The translations under genes and the position numbers were made by a program. Under the pieces are notes generated by a model, which searched no databases, had not been told where the DNA came from, and saw only the letters and a list, made by a program, of their open reading frames with translations. 64,000 bases of DNA, taken from the NCBI GenBank assembly GCA_965204735.1, contig OZ242008.1, positions 1 through 64,000 on the forward strand. Reading direction: 5' to 3'. The stretch comes from Longimicrobiales bacterium. GTDB lineage: Bacteria > Gemmatimonadota > Gemmatimonadetes > Longimicrobiales > Gaopeijiaceae. Below are positions 60,301-63,300 of this stretch, piece by piece. The stretch's first letter is position 1, and each line of letters starts with the position of its first letter.

Positions 60301-63300
60301 GGCGACGCGGACCGCTTCGAGGTGGACGGCGCGACGGGCGAGGTGCGGTACGTCGGCGGCGGCCAGGACTACGAGGGCGCGGGACCGAAGTCGTGGGAGC
60401 TGGAGGTGACGGCAACGGACCTGGCGGGCGCGAGCGCCAAGGCGGTGGTGGCGGTGGCGCTGACGAACGTGAACGAGAGACCAGCGTTCGCCGACTCTGC
60501 GTACGCCTTTGATCTGGCGGAGAACGCCCGGGGACCGCTGCTGCTGGGCGAGGTTCGGGCGACGGACCCGGACGGCGGCGACTGGCTGTCGTACGCGCTG
60601 GCGGCGGGCGACGCCGAGCGGTTCAAGGTGAACGCGACGAGCGGAGCGGTGCAGTACGTGGGGTCCGGCGAGGATGCGGAGACGGGCCCAGACAGCTGGG
60701 AGCTGGAGGTGACGGCGACGGACCGGGGCGGCCTGGCGACACGGACCCGAGTGGTGGTGACGCTCGAGGACCGGAACGAGGGCCCGGTGTTCGTCGAGTC
60801 GAGCTACGAGTGGGAGCTGGCGGAGCACGTGGCGGGCCCGGCGGAGTTGGGCACGGTGGTGGCAACGGATGTGGACGCGGGCGACACGCTGCGCTACAGC
60901 CTGAGCGGCGCGCGCGCGGCGCTGTTCGACGTGGGCGAGTCGAGTGGCGTGGTGTGGTACGTGGGTGCGGGCGCGGACGCGGAGACGGGCCCGGAGGGCT
61001 GGAAGTTCGAGGTGGTGGCGACGGACCGGGCTGGGTTGGCGGCGGTGGCGAAGGTGAGGGTGTTGCTGCTGGACGTGAACGAGGCGCCCGCGTTCGTGGA
61101 CTCCGCGTATGCCTTCGAGCTGGCGGAGAACATATCTGGGCCCCGGGAGCTGGGTCGGGTCGAGGCGACGGACCCGGACCGCGGCGACGCGCTGACCTAC
61201 AGCTTGGCGCAGGGCGACGCGGGTCGGTTTGAGGTGGATGGCGCGAGCGGGCAGGTGCGCTACGTGGGCGTCGGCGAGGACTACGAGAACAGTCCGCCGG
61301 AGTTCGCGCTGGTGGTGCGCGTGACGGACGCGGGCGGCCTGACGGCCGAGGCTACGGTCATGGTGACGCTGCTGAACGTGAACGAGGAACCGGAGGCGGT
61401 GGGTTCGCTGTCGTTGCCGGTGCTGGAGGCGGGCGGCGCGCCGTGGGAGGTGGGTCTGGGCGAGTACTTCCGCGACCCGGACGGCGACGCTTTGAGCTAC
61501 GCGGTGGTGTCGTCGTCGCCGAGCGTGGCGGAGGCGACGGTGTCGGTCGCGGGGCGGCTGTCGGTGGCGGCGCGGGAGATCGGCGCGGCGGTGGTGACGG
61601 TAACGGCGAGCGACGCTGGCGGCTTGACGGCGACGCAGCGTGCGAGCGTGACGGTCGAGGCGTCGCGTTCGGATCGAGCGCGTGCGCTGAAGCTGACGCT
61701 GGCGGCGTTCGGTCGGTCGCTGGGGACGGAGACGGTCGACGCGATCGGCGGGCGTCTGGGGCTCGAGTCGTCGGGCTCGCTGGGCCGTTCGCACGTGCAG
61801 CTGGGCGGGGGCTCGCTGAGCTGCGCCACGTTCGGCAGCGACAGCGGCGACAGCCGCGTCGAAGGCGCAGCCACGGTCGCGGCCGACTCGGTCGCCGATG
61901 CGGACGGAACGGGCGAAGGCGGTGCGGGCTCGGGAGGGGGCGGCCAGTGCGGTTTCGAGTCGCTGGTGCGGGACGCAACGGGGCTGCTGGGGTTCCAGAT
62001 CACGCACCCGGGCACCCCCGGCTCGGGACCTGGAGACGGCATCCCGGGCGGGACGCTGGACTTGGCCGCCATCTTCTTCGGCGACGGCGCGGCGGGCATG
62101 GGTGGCGCTCCGCCCAGCTCCCTCGGCACGGGCGGCTCGTACCGGGGCCAGCGGGAAGAAGACGCGCTGCCCGCCGAGCGCGAGCGCGGCGGCGTCGCGT
62201 TCAGCCCGCTGACGAGCAGCGACCTCCGCTCCCGGAGCTCGTTCCAGCTCTCCTTTGGCGGCGGGCAAGGCGGTGACGCCGCCGACCCGCTCCAGGCGGT
62301 GTCCCGATCCGGCTGGACGCTGTGGGGCCAGGCCAACGTGGGCGAGTTCGAGGGCCGTCCCGAAGACGACTTTACCATGGACGGCCGCACCCGCTCGGCG
62401 TACCTGGGCCTGGACTACCGCTTCGGCTCGGGCTTCCTGATGGGCGTGGCCGGCTCGCGCAGCGACATGGCGGCGAACTACGAGAGCGGGATCAACGGCG
62501 TGGGCAAGACGAAGGCCCACCTGACCAGCCTCTACCCCTACGCGAGCTGGTTGTCCCAGGGCGGCTTCGGCGTCTGGGGCTTGGCCGGCGCGGGCCGGGG
62601 CGCCGCCAACGTGGGCGAGACGGGTCCGACCTACGACGCCGACCTGCGGATGCGGATGGGCGCGCTGGGCGTGCGTCAGCAGCTGGTGGGCGGCTTGGCG
62701 CTGAAGGCCGACGCCTTCGCGGTGCGGATGACGACGGACGCGTCGAACGGACATGTGGCGGCGGTGACGGCCGACGCGCAGCGCGTCAGGCTGGCGCCCG
62801 AGCTGGGCGGGCAGTGGACGGGCGACGGCATGGCGATGCGCACCCGCATCGAGGTGGGCGGTCGCTACGACGGCGGCGACGCAGAGACGGGGATGGGTGC
62901 GGAGGCGGGCGCCGAACTCGGGTTCACGCACCAGGGCAGCGGCCTGAGCCTGGATGCCCGGGGCCGGATGCTGCTGATCCACCAGGATCGGAACTTCAAG
63001 GAGTGGGGCGCGGGCGTCGCGTTGAGGCTGCAACCCGGTCGCGATGCGGGCGGGCTGTCGCTTTCGCTCGAGCCGTCGTGGGGCGTCGCTTCGGGTGGCG
63101 GTGCGCAGTCGCTGTGGCAGGGCGACGACGTGTGGCGGAGCGCAGGCGTGCCGGCGCTGGGCGCGACGAGTCCGGCGGTGCCGGCCAGCCACGGCGATGT
63201 TGCCGGCCTTGGCGGTCCCGCCCACCACGGTGCAGGGGCGTCCCCGGGCCTATTGGCCGCCCGGAACGCGACGGGCTGGGCGCCGGACCGCTTGGCGATG

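Noticed and set aside
24573..63228. Many minus-strand ORFs (up to 1278 aa) over the giant gene
   Set aside because: Antisense shadows of high-GC repetitive coding sequence; they recur with the repeat period and lack protein motifs.
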